Source: an uncultured virus (IMG/VR IMGVR_UViG_3300006484_000005)
Taxonomy: Duplodnaviria; Heunggongvirae; Uroviricota; Caudoviricetes
Virus record (IMG/VR): IMGVR_UViG_3300006484_000005
Coordinates: 1 to 64,000 of that record
DNA length: 64,000 nucleotides
Reading direction: 5' to 3' (one strand)
The notes under the pieces are model-generated. The model searched no databases, was not told the DNA's origin, and saw nothing but the letters and a program-made list of their open reading frames with translations. This document shows positions 28,686 to 38,569 of this stretch, piece by piece; within the stretch, counting starts at the first letter, position 1; the number at the start of each line of letters is the position of its first letter. The position numbers and the translations under genes were made by a program.

Positions 28686-29358
28686 AATATAATTTATTAC
28701 CCCAATCAGTAAAATGAGGCAAATGATAAGGTGAAATATTTGTTATTGGTTGACGATTTATTTTTCGTAGTAATTTATCTAAAGCATCTCCATCTTCTCC
28801 TCCCCACGTAGTAAATACAGGATCAAACCCTCCAATTTCTTTTAATGGTTTTGTGGGTGTAATAAAGAAGGCTCCTAATCCTCCAACACAACCATTTCCA
28901 ATAGCATAATTAAAATTGGTTTTTGATTTTAATGTTTTATTTTCATAATCAACAAACTCATCCCCACTAATTTTTTTCCAATCAAAATTATAAACAAAAT
29001 CGGAATCTAAATTGTTGTATAAATCTAAAATTAATGGATATTCTTCTTCATCAAAGAAACAGTCTGAATCTATAATTGATATAAAATCACTTTTTGAACG
29101 ATCTAATGCTATGTTTATTTTTTCTGAGCGTTTATATACTGATAATGGGTAAGGAATATGAATTGAATTTTCAATTATTTTATTAGGAGAGAAATCATAC
29201 ACTATATAATTAACATTACCTCCATTTTGGTTAATAAAATTAACTAATTCGGTATTTTTCTCAATAGTGAACAAAACATTACGTTCTCTATCACTATCTT
29301 CCCTACCATCGGTCCAAAATAAAGTAATTAAATCCCAAATTTTATTTTGATTTGTCAT
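28675..29358 (-). CDS. GT2/GT7-like glycosyltransferase (galactosyltransferase-like)
   Basis: IIDSDC, GGFDPVFTTWGGEDGD, YHLPH. Confidence 0.78.
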   Translation of the reverse strand: MTNQNKIWDLITLFWTDGREDSDRERNVLFTIEKNTELVNFINQNGGNVNYIVYDFSPNKIIENSIHIPYPLSVYKRSEKINIALDRSKSDFISIIDSDCFFDEEEYPLILDLYNNLDSDFVYNFDWKKISGDEFVDYENKTLKSKTNFNYAIGNGCVGGLGAFFITPTKPLKEIGGFDPVFTTWGGEDGDALDKLLRKINRQPITNISPYHLPHFTDWGNKLYYDR

Positions 29359-29899
29359 ATATCCAACAAGCACCTATTACAGATATTTTTTCTTGCCCAA
29401 AGAATTCGTTAACAGCAGGATAAACACCACAATCATAATGATAATCATGACCCGATATAATCCCGGTTGATTTTACTTTTGGAGCCCACGCTATTAAGTC
29501 TTTTTTTACGCTTTCATAATCATGTCCTGCATCAATGAATACAAAATCTAAGCTATCATCTGCGTAATTAGAAGCTGCGTCCCATGATACATCTTTGATA
29601 ATATTAATTTTATCCTTTACAGGTTCTATATTATTTAAAAATATATCATATAAATTTTCAAATTGATCTTCTTCTAATTCTTTAGATGTTGGAACATATT
29701 CCCAAGTATCAACACAATCAAATTTTATGTCTTTGTTTGAGTTTATAATCTCAACAGCCATAAAGCAAGCACTCATTCCCTTCCAAACCCCCACTTCAAC
29801 GAAGTGAGAGTTTGTTGGAAATTTAGATACTATTGAAGAGTATAAATCTTCATAATTAAACCAGTTTTCACTGTTTACATTTTTATAAAAATGCTCCAT
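29342..29899 (-). CDS. Class I SAM methyltransferase (Methyltransf_24-like)
   Basis: VEVGVWKG, FVFIDAGHDY, GIISGHDY. Confidence 0.88.
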   Translation of the reverse strand: MEHFYKNVNSENWFNYEDLYSSIVSKFPTNSHFVEVGVWKGMSACFMAVEIINSNKDIKFDCVDTWEYVPTSKELEEDQFENLYDIFLNNIEPVKDKINIIKDVSWDAASNYADDSLDFVFIDAGHDYESVKKDLIAWAPKVKSTGIISGHDYHYDCGVYPAVNEFFGQEKISVIGACWIYDKSK

Positions 29900-31164
29900 T
29901 ATAAATTACCTTCTATTTTATCACACCATCCTTTTGATATTGAATGTGGCCAAACAATCCATTTAGTTGGTTTACCACCATAATTAAATTCCCTCCAAAC
30001 TTTACAATAACCATCTGGATCGTTTTTCATGCGTTTGATTTCATCGCTATCAGCATCCTTTCTAAATATAGTTTCTCCAGTTTCATTTTCAAATGCTACA
30101 CACCAGAAATCATAATCATCTTCAGGAACGCGATCATACCCAACATCAATACAATGTTTAAATATTGTTAAAAATGCGTTTTCGTATTCAGTTTCATCTT
30201 CAATTACTGGATTAGGAGCAAATTTATTATCTAAAGTATACTGCTGCACACCTCTAGTTTTAAATTTTAATCCAGCATAACGCTCATAATCTTGTAATGT
30301 GCGTTCTTCACCAAACCAATACTGTCCAATATTACTACGCATACAAGGTGAACATTCTCCATCCATCCCAAATAATGAACGGTTTCTGAAGTGAGATGCA
30401 TTATTTTTAGCTACCCATTCTGGATCATCATCCCAATGTTTTGTTCTACCTTTACGAGTATATTCATGCCAAGCTACTACTTTATGAGGGTGAAATAAAT
30501 CATATCCATGAGTATAAGCTCTAACAGCAATCGAAATTTCTTCACCATGGAAGTAATAATTTGGATCATGAGGTACTTCTAAAGCAAACTGACCTAAAGT
30601 AAAACAGAAGTGAGCTGAATAGAATCTTGCAGGAACTGGTTCAGTCATATCTTCCCATCCTGGAATGGTTGCTGGTAGGAAAAATACAGCACCTTCAGGG
30701 ATAAATCTGTCAAACGTCATCCACCAAGGTTCTTTAACTCGTTCATCTGGATCGTTTTCAGGGTTAAAACTAGAAATATATGCTGTTAATAATGGTTTTT
30801 TATGGCCTTTTTCTTGGAGTTGTTTAATCATTCCAATTAAGGTTTCATCCCAATTTTCAGCAAATCTATGATGTGAATCAATTTGTAATGTATAATCTTC
30901 TCCACCATAATGTTGTTGGATTAAATTACGTGCCCAACAAGCCCCTAAAGATGATTTATATTCTACATCTACTATTTTAAATCGAGAATCGTCCCGGTAT
31001 TTATCTATATCTTTAGAAAATGTATCATCATCACTAAACTGATGAGCAATACAAAATACTAAATTTTCTGGATGTTTAGCATTAGAGATACAATCTTCAA
31101 CTGTAGGCAACAATTGGGGATCACGGTATGAAGCAATTTGAATAAATATTTTATCGTTTTGCAT
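29899..31164 (-). CDS. GT60-like GlcNAc transferase (Skp1 hydroxyproline GlcNAc-transferase family)
   Basis: IFIQIASYRDP, GACWAR, LQIDSHHRF..WD, FHGEEI..AVRAYTHGYD. Confidence 0.82.
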   Translation of the reverse strand: MQNDKIFIQIASYRDPQLLPTVEDCISNAKHPENLVFCIAHQFSDDDTFSKDIDKYRDDSRFKIVDVEYKSSLGACWARNLIQQHYGGEDYTLQIDSHHRFAENWDETLIGMIKQLQEKGHKKPLLTAYISSFNPENDPDERVKEPWWMTFDRFIPEGAVFFLPATIPGWEDMTEPVPARFYSAHFCFTLGQFALEVPHDPNYYFHGEEISIAVRAYTHGYDLFHPHKVVAWHEYTRKGRTKHWDDDPEWVAKNNASHFRNRSLFGMDGECSPCMRSNIGQYWFGEERTLQDYERYAGLKFKTRGVQQYTLDNKFAPNPVIEDETEYENAFLTIFKHCIDVGYDRVPEDDYDFWCVAFENETGETIFRKDADSDEIKRMKNDPDGYCKVWREFNYGGKPTKWIVWPHSISKGWCDKIEGNL

Positions 31165-31699
31165 TTTTTAATTCGTCTTCTGTAAAGAATTGTTTTAAAT
31201 TTGGGGCGAAATATGATAATGATTTTTGTACTTTACGATCTTCTGAACGATATACAACGTATTTATCACCACGTTTTTCAAAATGGCATGGACGTTGTGA
31301 AGCAGCAGCTCTATATTTAGCAGTTGCATCAGCTTCTTCCTCTGTAGCACATGATTTAGATAAATTAGATGCTTGTACTTCACCATATGCAGATAAGAAT
31401 TTATCTTTTAATCCATAGGCCATAATGCCTGCTGATAGCACGTACATAATATCACAAAAGGCATCCATTACTCCGATAATATCACCATCATCAGCTGCTA
31501 CTTTATATTCATCTAATTCTTCTTGGATGAAGTTATAGATAAAATCACGTTCCATTTTTTCTGGAATCGTAGGAATGTAATTGTTTAGTTTACCGAATAA
31601 TCTGTTGAATGTTTCTACTTCAGTAATAAAGTGTAAACGATCAGCATCAATTTCTTTTTTGATAATTTGGTCTTGCCAAGTTTGTTCTGTGTTTTCCAT
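31151..31699 (-). CDS. MazG-like all-alpha NTP pyrophosphohydrolase
   Basis: IQEELDEY, DAFCDIMYV, EVQASNLSK. Confidence 0.82.
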   Translation of the reverse strand: MENTEQTWQDQIIKKEIDADRLHFITEVETFNRLFGKLNNYIPTIPEKMERDFIYNFIQEELDEYKVAADDGDIIGVMDAFCDIMYVLSAGIMAYGLKDKFLSAYGEVQASNLSKSCATEEEADATAKYRAAASQRPCHFEKRGDKYVVYRSEDRKVQKSLSYFAPNLKQFFTEDELKNAKR

Positions 31700-31705
31700 A
31701 ACTGA

Positions 31706-32416
31706 TTAAATATATGCTTGTAGGTTAAATTTTAACATTTCTAATACTTCTTGTTTAGCTGTTTTAGCGTGGTCAGCAAATACACCTGATACTTCAGACG
31801 TCATCATACTAGCACCCATATGTTTAACTCCACGACATGATACACAATTGTGTGTTGCATGCATCATTACCATAATACCTTCGTTACCTACAATTAATTT
31901 ATCCATAGCATTATGAATAGCCATAGTTAATTGTTCTTGAATAGCGCCTCTACGTGAGAAATGTTCAACTACACGATTTAATTTTGATAATCCGATTACC
32001 TTTGATTCAGGACCTGGCACATATGCAATATGACATTTACCTAAAATTGCTTGGTGGTGATGAGAACACATTGATATTACTGGAATATCGCGCTCTAATA
32101 CAATACCATTATAACCATCTGATGGGAATGCTGTAACATCGCCTAATACTTCGTAACGACCTCTCCATAAATCATTAACGTATGCTTTGGCTACACGTTT
32201 TGGTGTGTTAGATGAATTTGGATCGTTTTTCCAATCAACACCTAATGCGTCTAAGAAATTACCATATGCAATAGTTGCATTATCGATAATGGTTTGTTTT
32301 TCTTCTACGGTTAGAGATCGCTCTTTACCTTCGGTTTTAATGATTTGTTGTAAATGGAGTGAGATACCATTTGCATTACCTGAATTGGTAATTTCTAAAT
32401 TGCTAATTTCGCACAT
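31706..32416 (-). CDS. folE: GTP cyclohydrolase I
   Basis: TPKRVAK, SMCSHH, GLSKLNR, IQEQLT, HNCVSCRG. Confidence 0.95.
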   Translation of the reverse strand: MCEISNLEITNSGNANGISLHLQQIIKTEGKERSLTVEEKQTIIDNATIAYGNFLDALGVDWKNDPNSSNTPKRVAKAYVNDLWRGRYEVLGDVTAFPSDGYNGIVLERDIPVISMCSHHHQAILGKCHIAYVPGPESKVIGLSKLNRVVEHFSRRGAIQEQLTMAIHNAMDKLIVGNEGIMVMMHATHNCVSCRGVKHMGASMMTSEVSGVFADHAKTAKQEVLEMLKFNLQAYI

Positions 32417-32451
32417 AACTTATTGTTTAAATTTATAACTGAATTTAATTA

Positions 32452-32478
32452 GGAAAGACTTGATTGACAAGTCCTTCC
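32452..32478 (-). terminator. Hairpin (probable terminator) overlapping a class A motif at 32440-32456
   Basis: GGAAGGACTTG-TCAAT-CAAGTCTTTCC. Confidence 0.5.
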
Positions 32479-32501
32479 ATTATTTAATATTTTAATTGGT
32501 A

Positions 32502-32813
32502 TTATTTAATACCTGCAATTTTATACCAGCGATATGAGATTTCGTCTAGTTCTTCTGGTTTTTCATGCATGTTATCTTCAACTGCATTCATTCCTGAAGT
32601 ATCAGCTCCGTCTACTTTAGTACCAACAATTTCATCGTATTGTTCCATCTGCATTATATCACCATCAGCACACATTTCGATTAATTTTTCAGCTACATCA
32701 TGTAACATCATATCATCAGTTGCATCTTCGCGAGCAAATTCTAGTAAACGTATAAATAATGGAACATCAACTGTGATGACGTCCATTTTATTTTCTTGTT
32801 CTTGGTCTTCCAT
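32502..32813 (-). CDS. Acidic hypothetical protein
   Basis: DVPLFIRLLEFAREDA; class B motif at 32826-32835. Confidence 0.7.
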   Translation of the reverse strand: MEDQEQENKMDVITVDVPLFIRLLEFAREDATDDMMLHDVAEKLIEMCADGDIMQMEQYDEIVGTKVDGADTSGMNAVEDNMHEKPEELDEISYRWYKIAGIK

Positions 32814-32852
32814 ATTATTATTTGATATAAATATAGTAGAGAAATAAATTAA

Positions 32853-34382
32853 TTACAAATTCAACTTAGAGCCTATAGTAAAGAAGAATGTTGGTTTATC
32901 AAATGTAGATGGTATGTTTGATTTGATATTAAAGTTAATTCGGAAACGTTTAGATAACGGAATATCGAATGAATTTCCTAACATAACATTAAAATCTTTA
33001 TTTACTTTCATTATTGGATCACTTGTAATATAAGATGTCGGAGAATAAAGTAAAAACACCTCAGGTGTGAATTTAATTTTAGTTTTTGTTTCTAATGGTC
33101 TCATATAGAATCCAGTTAATGACGGACCATACATTTGATCTCCTGATCCTAAGAATCCAGCAATTAATGATACGTTATAGCCTGCAACACCTTTTTTACC
33201 TAATAATTTAATGTAAGTATATCCAGCAAATGTTAAATGGTCTGTAAATGTAGTTGCGTATGTTAATGAATAATTTCGAACGTGACTAATAGCACCGTTT
33301 GTAGTATACATTTTAGTATACTTACCTGTTAATGCTAATTGTTTAAAATTCAAATGGATCATTGAAGTAGCACCCCACGATTCATTTCCCATTAACGATG
33401 CTTTAGATGCTGATACACCCAGTACTGGAGTAAATGTATTGTCTGCATTTTGCATCAATGCAAAGTCACCTTGTACTACTAATGGATTAGTTGTATTTAC
33501 TGTTTTAGCTTTCTTTTCGTCTTTTTTACTATCTGATTTCTTTTCGTCTTTTTTGCTTTCACTTTTAGCATCGTCTTTCTTTTCTTCCTTACTTTCAGAT
33601 TTTGATTCTGATTTGCTTTCTTCTTTAGATTCCGACTTTGATTCGCTTTTAGATTCAGACTTGGCTTCAGCTTTAGCCTCTGCTTTAGCTTCGGCCTTTG
33701 CTTCGGCTTTAGCCCCTCCCGGAGATCCACCGCCTCCTCCACCACCACCTCCACCTCCACCACCTGTAGCGCCTCCACCACTTGGAGCGGAACTACCCGC
33801 TGATGATGCGCTTGAACTCGCTGTAGATGATGCACTTGATGATGCACTAGATGATGCTGTACTTGATGCTGTGTTAGCGGCAGCACCTGCGGCTGTATTG
33901 GCTGCTGTACCTGAAGCTGTGTTTGCTGCTGTAGATGCTGCTGTATTGGCAGCTGTTGAAGCTGCTGTAGAGGCAGCAGTACTTGCTGCTGTTGACGCAG
34001 CAGTAGCAGCAGCTGTTTGGGCTGCTGTTTGGGCCGCAGTTTGGGCAGCTGTCTGTGCTGCAACTTGAGCTGCTGCTTGAGCTACTACTGCGGAAATTGT
34101 ATTTGATATTGTTTGAGTTTGGGTTTGAGCAACTACTTCTTGTGCTTTACACACATATGCTTTCATTTGCTCATTTACCCATAATTGTACCTCACCTTTA
34201 GCTGCTTCTTCATATGAAAATGAACGAGCAGAACTACGATATACAATCAATACAGAACCCCCGATCGGAACAGTATATAATACCATCTGTTTCGAACAGG
34301 GGTCAAAGTATGCGTTGGTAAGTACTTGTGCCTTACTTAAAAATGAAACGATTAAAAGTAAGAATACAAGTACATACTTCAC
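32853..34382 (-). CDS. Secreted protein with low-complexity linker and putative C-terminal beta-barrel
   Basis: Signal peptide; AAQT/AAST/ASSS/poly-G/AEAK/SESK repeats; alternating beta strands ending FFTIGSKLNL. Confidence 0.78.
   Translation of the reverse strand: MKYVLVFLLLIVSFLSKAQVLTNAYFDPCSKQMVLYTVPIGGSVLIVYRSSARSFSYEEAAKGEVQLWVNEQMKAYVCKAQEVVAQTQTQTISNTISAVVAQAAAQVAAQTAAQTAAQTAAQTAAATAASTAASTAASTAASTAANTAASTAANTASGTAANTAAGAAANTASSTASSSASSSASSTASSSASSAGSSAPSGGGATGGGGGGGGGGGGGSPGGAKAEAKAEAKAEAKAEAKSESKSESKSESKEESKSESKSESKEEKKDDAKSESKKDEKKSDSKKDEKKAKTVNTTNPLVVQGDFALMQNADNTFTPVLGVSASKASLMGNESWGATSMIHLNFKQLALTGKYTKMYTTNGAISHVRNYSLTYATTFTDHLTFAGYTYIKLLGKKGVAGYNVSLIAGFLGSGDQMYGPSLTGFYMRPLETKTKIKFTPEVFLLYSPTSYITSDPIMKVNKDFNVMLGNSFDIPLSKRFRINFNIKSNIPSTFDKPTFFFTIGSKLNL
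33500..34085 (-). repeat. Coding low-complexity repeats with a 12-nt period
   Basis: Successive tetrapeptide repeats AAQT, AAST/AANT, ASSS, AEAK, SESK plus a Gly run. Confidence 0.85.
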
Positions 34383-34385
34383 TTA

Positions 34386-35186
34386 TTACGCTCCTATTGC
34401 TTTACTAAATCCATTAGGACAAGTTCTAGTACATACTAAAGATGCAACAACTGGTGCTACTGCAGCTCCGATTGCAATACCAACTCCTGCTGGAGTAGCC
34501 CACAATGCAGCCGAATCTAAACTATAGTAAATACAATTTGAACATACATTTTTCAATAATTGTGGATCAACACTTCCACCAACACCAGGTATTGATAAAA
34601 ACCCATCTGCCACTATTGAACCCATTGCTGTTGCTACTACTGATTTAGCTGCCATATCTGCCGTATAAAGAACCGGTGTAGCCATCAAAGATAATGTAGT
34701 TGAAGTTGCTGCTCCAGCTGGTTGTGCTGGTGTAAATGCTGCAACACAACCCATAGAGATTGCCGCAGTTATTCCAATTGTACAAGCATTTGCATCAGCC
34801 CAATTATATGCAGCTACTGCACCTGCTGCTACTATTTCAACACCCGCAACAATTTGTTGTTCAGCTTGTTTAGATAATTGAACAAATTCGTTTTGAGTTA
34901 CATCAAATCCTACCTTTGCAAATTCTTCGGTAGTACTTGCAATAGTACAAGCTGCACTTTCTACTCTGTGTGCACTATCGGTAGCAAATGCTACTGAATA
35001 GTTGTATGCATCTTCTACACTACCTATTGCAGTGTTTATACCACTTCCAATTGGTTGAATTACGTTATCATTAATTGCATTTCCTGCATCTACAAATGCA
35101 TTACCAATTGGCTGAATAACATTATCATTAATTGCATTTCCCGCATCTACGAATGCGTTTTCAATTGCTTTTCCGGCTCCGCCCAT
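34386..35186 (-). CDS. Ala/Gly-rich protein with N-terminal tandem repeat and hydrophobic Cys-containing C-terminal half
   Basis: ORF track; NAFVDAGNAINDNVIQPIG occurs twice. Confidence 0.75.
   Translation of the reverse strand: MGGAGKAIENAFVDAGNAINDNVIQPIGNAFVDAGNAINDNVIQPIGSGINTAIGSVEDAYNYSVAFATDSAHRVESAACTIASTTEEFAKVGFDVTQNEFVQLSKQAEQQIVAGVEIVAAGAVAAYNWADANACTIGITAAISMGCVAAFTPAQPAGAATSTTLSLMATPVLYTADMAAKSVVATAMGSIVADGFLSIPGVGGSVDPQLLKNVCSNCIYYSLDSAALWATPAGVGIAIGAAVAPVVASLVCTRTCPNGFSKAIGA
35046..35159 (-). repeat. 57-bp tandem duplication (19 aa x 2)
   Basis: Identical peptide, with synonymous differences at the DNA level. Confidence 0.85.
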
Positions 35187-35199
35187 ATTTTTTTTTAGT

Positions 35200-35508
35200 T
35201 TAGTTTATTTCCATTCTCATTAAATATAACTCGTTGTTTTCAAACCAATCTTTGAATCCAAACATTTTTGCTAATTTCTTTGCTTTTAGGTTACCTTTTA
35301 CAGGTGCTCCATATATTTCATTATATCCTTCTTTTTTAAAATTATTAAGAATACCATCATAGATATACATCATTCTTTTAAAAAAGGAATGTGACCAAAT
35401 ATTCTCATCAAAAGTTATATGCATTGCAATCTTACTTTTATTGAATAGATAATCACATTCTACTAATACATCTTTATCTTCATATAACGTTACTCTTACT
35501 GATGACAT
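35200..35508 (-). CDS. GNAT-like acyltransferase domain protein
   Basis: GYNEIYG...NLKAKKLAKMFGFK resembles the GNAT C-terminal motif. Confidence 0.5.
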   Translation of the reverse strand: MSSVRVTLYEDKDVLVECDYLFNKSKIAMHITFDENIWSHSFFKRMMYIYDGILNNFKKEGYNEIYGAPVKGNLKAKKLAKMFGFKDWFENNELYLMRMEIN

Positions 35509-35520
35509 AATTACTTTCTA

Positions 35521-36363
35521 TTAAACAAGCAATTTGTAATACTCTTTAAAATGTTTGATGCGATCTGGTAGACCAATTGTACCACCATTAACGCGTTTTG
35601 TGATTTGAGTAACTACAGCATCGGAAGCTCCACTATCAGCCATCTTGTGTAATCCGTTTTTAGAGAAAAACCAAGCAGCTGAGAGCAAGGCATATTTCGA
35701 TGAAACCACATCTGGGTTAGACAAAATGTCTTCTCCAATGGACTTACCGAATGCTGTATAGTTCTCTTTTCCAGTTAGTTGTATATAACCTCTTCCACGA
35801 AACTTATATCCTTCACCTGATGCTTCATTGCCATTACCCATTCTACCTCCGTATACTTTGGCAGCAATTTTAGCAGGTTTACGTTCGTATTGAGCAGCTA
35901 ATGATGCGTTTGGAAAATATTTTTTAAATATTCCCATTAGACCTTTAGCTGAATAATTTAAATTTTCTTGAGTTGCACGGAACCCACCTGATTCGTGTCC
36001 GCACTGTGCTAAAAAGTGAGCTAAACGTAATGGTGTATTAATACCAAATTTAGCTGCTGTATCAGGAATCATTGCGATTACTGCATCTGGAATGTGTCCT
36101 TTTAATTTAGATAATTTTAAATTACCTGAATTAGCAATTGGAGCAGAAGGTGCAGCAGGTGCAGCAGCTACTGGAGCAGCACCTCCAAACATTTTTGCCC
36201 AAGTACCAGCACCCACAATACCATCAGCTGTTAATCCATTAGCTGATTGCCATGCTTTAACAGCGGCGTCTGTTTTAGGTCCAAATTTACCAATGGCTTC
36301 TATACCTAATTTTGCTTGAAGCTTTTTTACATCTTCACCCTCGGATCCTAGCTTTAATAGCAT
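35521..36363 (-). CDS. Endolysin: peptidoglycan-binding domain plus GH19 catalytic domain
   Basis: LKLGSEGEDVKKLQ, GLTADGIVG; AHFLAQCGHESGGF, ENLNYS, FRGRGYIQLTG. Confidence 0.92.
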   Translation of the reverse strand: MLLKLGSEGEDVKKLQAKLGIEAIGKFGPKTDAAVKAWQSANGLTADGIVGAGTWAKMFGGAAPVAAAPAAPSAPIANSGNLKLSKLKGHIPDAVIAMIPDTAAKFGINTPLRLAHFLAQCGHESGGFRATQENLNYSAKGLMGIFKKYFPNASLAAQYERKPAKIAAKVYGGRMGNGNEASGEGYKFRGRGYIQLTGKENYTAFGKSIGEDILSNPDVVSSKYALLSAAWFFSKNGLHKMADSGASDAVVTQITKRVNGGTIGLPDRIKHFKEYYKLLV

Positions 36364-36409
36364 CGTTTATTGTTTTTATAGTTAATTATTACAGTTGTAC
36401 TCTTTGTTC

Positions 36410-36829
36410 TTAGAATTGGATTTTATCCAATTTGTAAGTTAAACCTAAACCTGGTGTGAAATTAGATCCTACTAAGTTTCCAATAACCCAAATTTTAAGC
36501 CCTTCAGATTTTAACGGAGCATATCCTATCCACACGTTAGGCTTATTAACATTGTCTACAGGTTGGATACCCATACCTAACATTAAACGCTCGCTAGCAA
36601 ACATACGGATAACACCAAATTTCATAGTTTTATCAAAACTACCTGTTTTAGTAGATACCATTGGATCAGCATCATACTTGAAACCAGCATAAATACCCCA
36701 TCCTTTTTTGATATAACCACCTGTTAAGTATCCGTCCATACCTTTATTAGTAGCGGAACCGAAAAATTCTTGTGCATTAGCAGCTACTGCAGACAAACAC
36801 AAAATTGCAATCAATAATAACTTTTTCAT
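36410..36829 (-). CDS. Small outer-membrane beta-barrel-like protein
   Basis: Signal peptide (ANA), amphipathic strands, terminal Phe. Confidence 0.6.
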   Translation of the reverse strand: MKKLLLIAILCLSAVAANAQEFFGSATNKGMDGYLTGGYIKKGWGIYAGFKYDADPMVSTKTGSFDKTMKFGVIRMFASERLMLGMGIQPVDNVNKPNVWIGYAPLKSEGLKIWVIGNLVGSNFTPGLGLTYKLDKIQF

Positions 36830-36832
36830 AGT

Positions 36833-37546
36833 TTAATTTTTAAATATATTCTTTTTTATCATACGTGATACTATCCTAGAAGCTGCTGTTTCCAACGCTT
36901 TTTTGGTGGTAATTCCGATTGTTGATTGATTAAATTTAATTTCATCAAACGAATCAGATAACGCACCTTGTTTTACTGTACTTGCTTCGCCTAAGCCTGA
37001 ACCAGTGATGTACTCAGCAGTCTCAGCGTTAACGAACTTAACTTGTAGACCCAACCGGGTAGTTTGAGTTTGCTTAACACCATCTTTTAATTTTAATTGC
37101 TCGTCTTCAGAAACAGAGAAGTCGTATACCTCTACATATACAAAATATTGTGCAAGCTTAATTTTTCCTCTACCATCTAATTTATTTTCTGTAAAACCCG
37201 ATTGAGACGCCTGGAATTGTTTTACCATTCTGTTCTTAATCTCGGCTTTATCTTCAGTAAATGTAAATCGATTAGTTTCTTCTAAAAATTCAACTACAAT
37301 ATTTGTTAATCCTAAACCAACACGTTTGTCTTTAAGTTCTGGATACATTGCAAATATCTCATCTGTAATTCCAATACTCAATAATTGAATTGGGATTTTA
37401 GGTCCTTCATAATCCGATACAACATCAATTGATTGTTTCTTTTCAAAATCAGCTTGGTATGTTTCTGTCTTTACAGAACCAATAGTTTGTCCAAGCATTG
37501 GTAAACATAATAAAGACAGGAATAATACCAATAAATTAGCCTTCAT
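36833..37546 (-). CDS. CsgG/HfaB-like protein
   Basis: Signal peptide; GLTNIVVEFLEETNRFTFTE, VYDFSV, LGLQVKFVNAETAEYI..SGLG. Confidence 0.7.
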   Translation of the reverse strand: MKANLLVLFLSLLCLPMLGQTIGSVKTETYQADFEKKQSIDVVSDYEGPKIPIQLLSIGITDEIFAMYPELKDKRVGLGLTNIVVEFLEETNRFTFTEDKAEIKNRMVKQFQASQSGFTENKLDGRGKIKLAQYFVYVEVYDFSVSEDEQLKLKDGVKQTQTTRLGLQVKFVNAETAEYITGSGLGEASTVKQGALSDSFDEIKFNQSTIGITTKKALETAASRIVSRMIKKNIFKN

Positions 37547-37832
37547 ATTCTTCTTCTTTTTTTTCTGCTTTAGTAGCTTCTGATATTTGTTTTTTCATTC
37601 CTGTAAATTTATCTACTGAAGATAAACCTAATGAACCGAATGCAAGTAATGCTACTGCATTTACTAATGATTCTGCTGGGGCTATATGTGCTTCAGAGAA
37701 TGAATTTTGATACATTGTAATACACAATGTTAATGCAGCTAATAAACCAACAAATCGTTTTGATGATACAGCACCTTTTTCATCAGCTAGTAATGAATTA
37801 GCACCTGCCATAAATTTTTTTAATATTTCCAT
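37536..37832 (-). CDS. Two-TM membrane protein (holin-like)
   Basis: SSKRFVG plus two TM helices and a charged C-terminus; near the endolysin. Confidence 0.55.
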   Translation of the reverse strand: MEILKKFMAGANSLLADEKGAVSSKRFVGLLAALTLCITMYQNSFSEAHIAPAESLVNAVALLAFGSLGLSSVDKFTGMKKQISEATKAEKKEEEYEG

Positions 37833-37833
37833 T

Positions 37834-37986
37834 TTACCAAGGTTGTTTTGAGATTTTAGCCGCTATTTGGTTTGCTTTCTCATTCTGATTAGTAAAATGT
37901 AGGTATACAAAATACATCTGAGTGCTAAAGCCAACTATAATTCCAGCTAAAACTAATTTTGAATAAATTTTATATACCTTTTCCAT
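37834..37986 (-). CDS. Small membrane protein, 50 aa
   Basis: Hand translation MEKVYKIYSKLVLAGIIVGFSTQMYFVYLHF...KQPW; fills the gap exactly. Confidence 0.55.
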   Translation of the reverse strand: MEKVYKIYSKLVLAGIIVGFSTQMYFVYLHFTNQNEKANQIAAKISKQPW

Positions 37987-37990
37987 TTTA

Positions 37991-38563
37991 TTATTCTTCT
38001 ATAGATTCTTCTATATCCTTTATTTTACCACACTTTAAACATTCTTCATCCCCATCACCGTCTGAGTCACCCCATACGTGTTCGCATTGTCTATGTTCAA
38101 AGTACATGTCAATAACACCATCACCATCAAAATCAATACCATCAAATTCCCCATCCCCATCTTCATCAACTTCGATACCGGTTCTAGGTTCTGGTTTAGG
38201 TTCTGGAGACGGTGTAGGAGTTGGTGCATCACCTCCTTTAGTATCGGATAATGACACACCATCTTCCTCGTCCATTTTCTGAACCAACATTTTATCTTTG
38301 TCTGTATCAGAGAACCAGTAATCAATTATTTTACCATATGAACCAATAAAGGCTCCAAGTAATAGTAATAATAATTCTTTCCATTCACCTTCTACATTAG
38401 TTCCTCTAACTATAGCAACGAATATACCACCAATTATTAACATAAACCCACCTAAAACCATAGCGGTAATATACCATCTACGTTTCATCATTTGGTTTAA
38501 TAGTTCCTTAAATCCCGTAGGAGTAGGTTGTGCCATAGGTTGTTCTTCTTTAAATAACTTCAT
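37991..38563 (-). CDS. Two-TM protein with DxDGDG Ca-binding-like repeats
   Basis: DEDGDG, DFDGDG, DSDGDG; CEH...CLKC. Confidence 0.7.
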   Translation of the reverse strand: MKLFKEEQPMAQPTPTGFKELLNQMMKRRWYITAMVLGGFMLIIGGIFVAIVRGTNVEGEWKELLLLLLGAFIGSYGKIIDYWFSDTDKDKMLVQKMDEEDGVSLSDTKGGDAPTPTPSPEPKPEPRTGIEVDEDGDGEFDGIDFDGDGVIDMYFEHRQCEHVWGDSDGDGDEECLKCGKIKDIEESIEE

Positions 38564-38569
38564 TTTTAA

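Noticed and set aside
33439..34068. Long plus-strand ORF (209 aa) and alternative-frame minus ORF (33497-34063)
   Set aside because: Shadows of the low-complexity repeat region of 32853-34382, which lacks stops in several frames.
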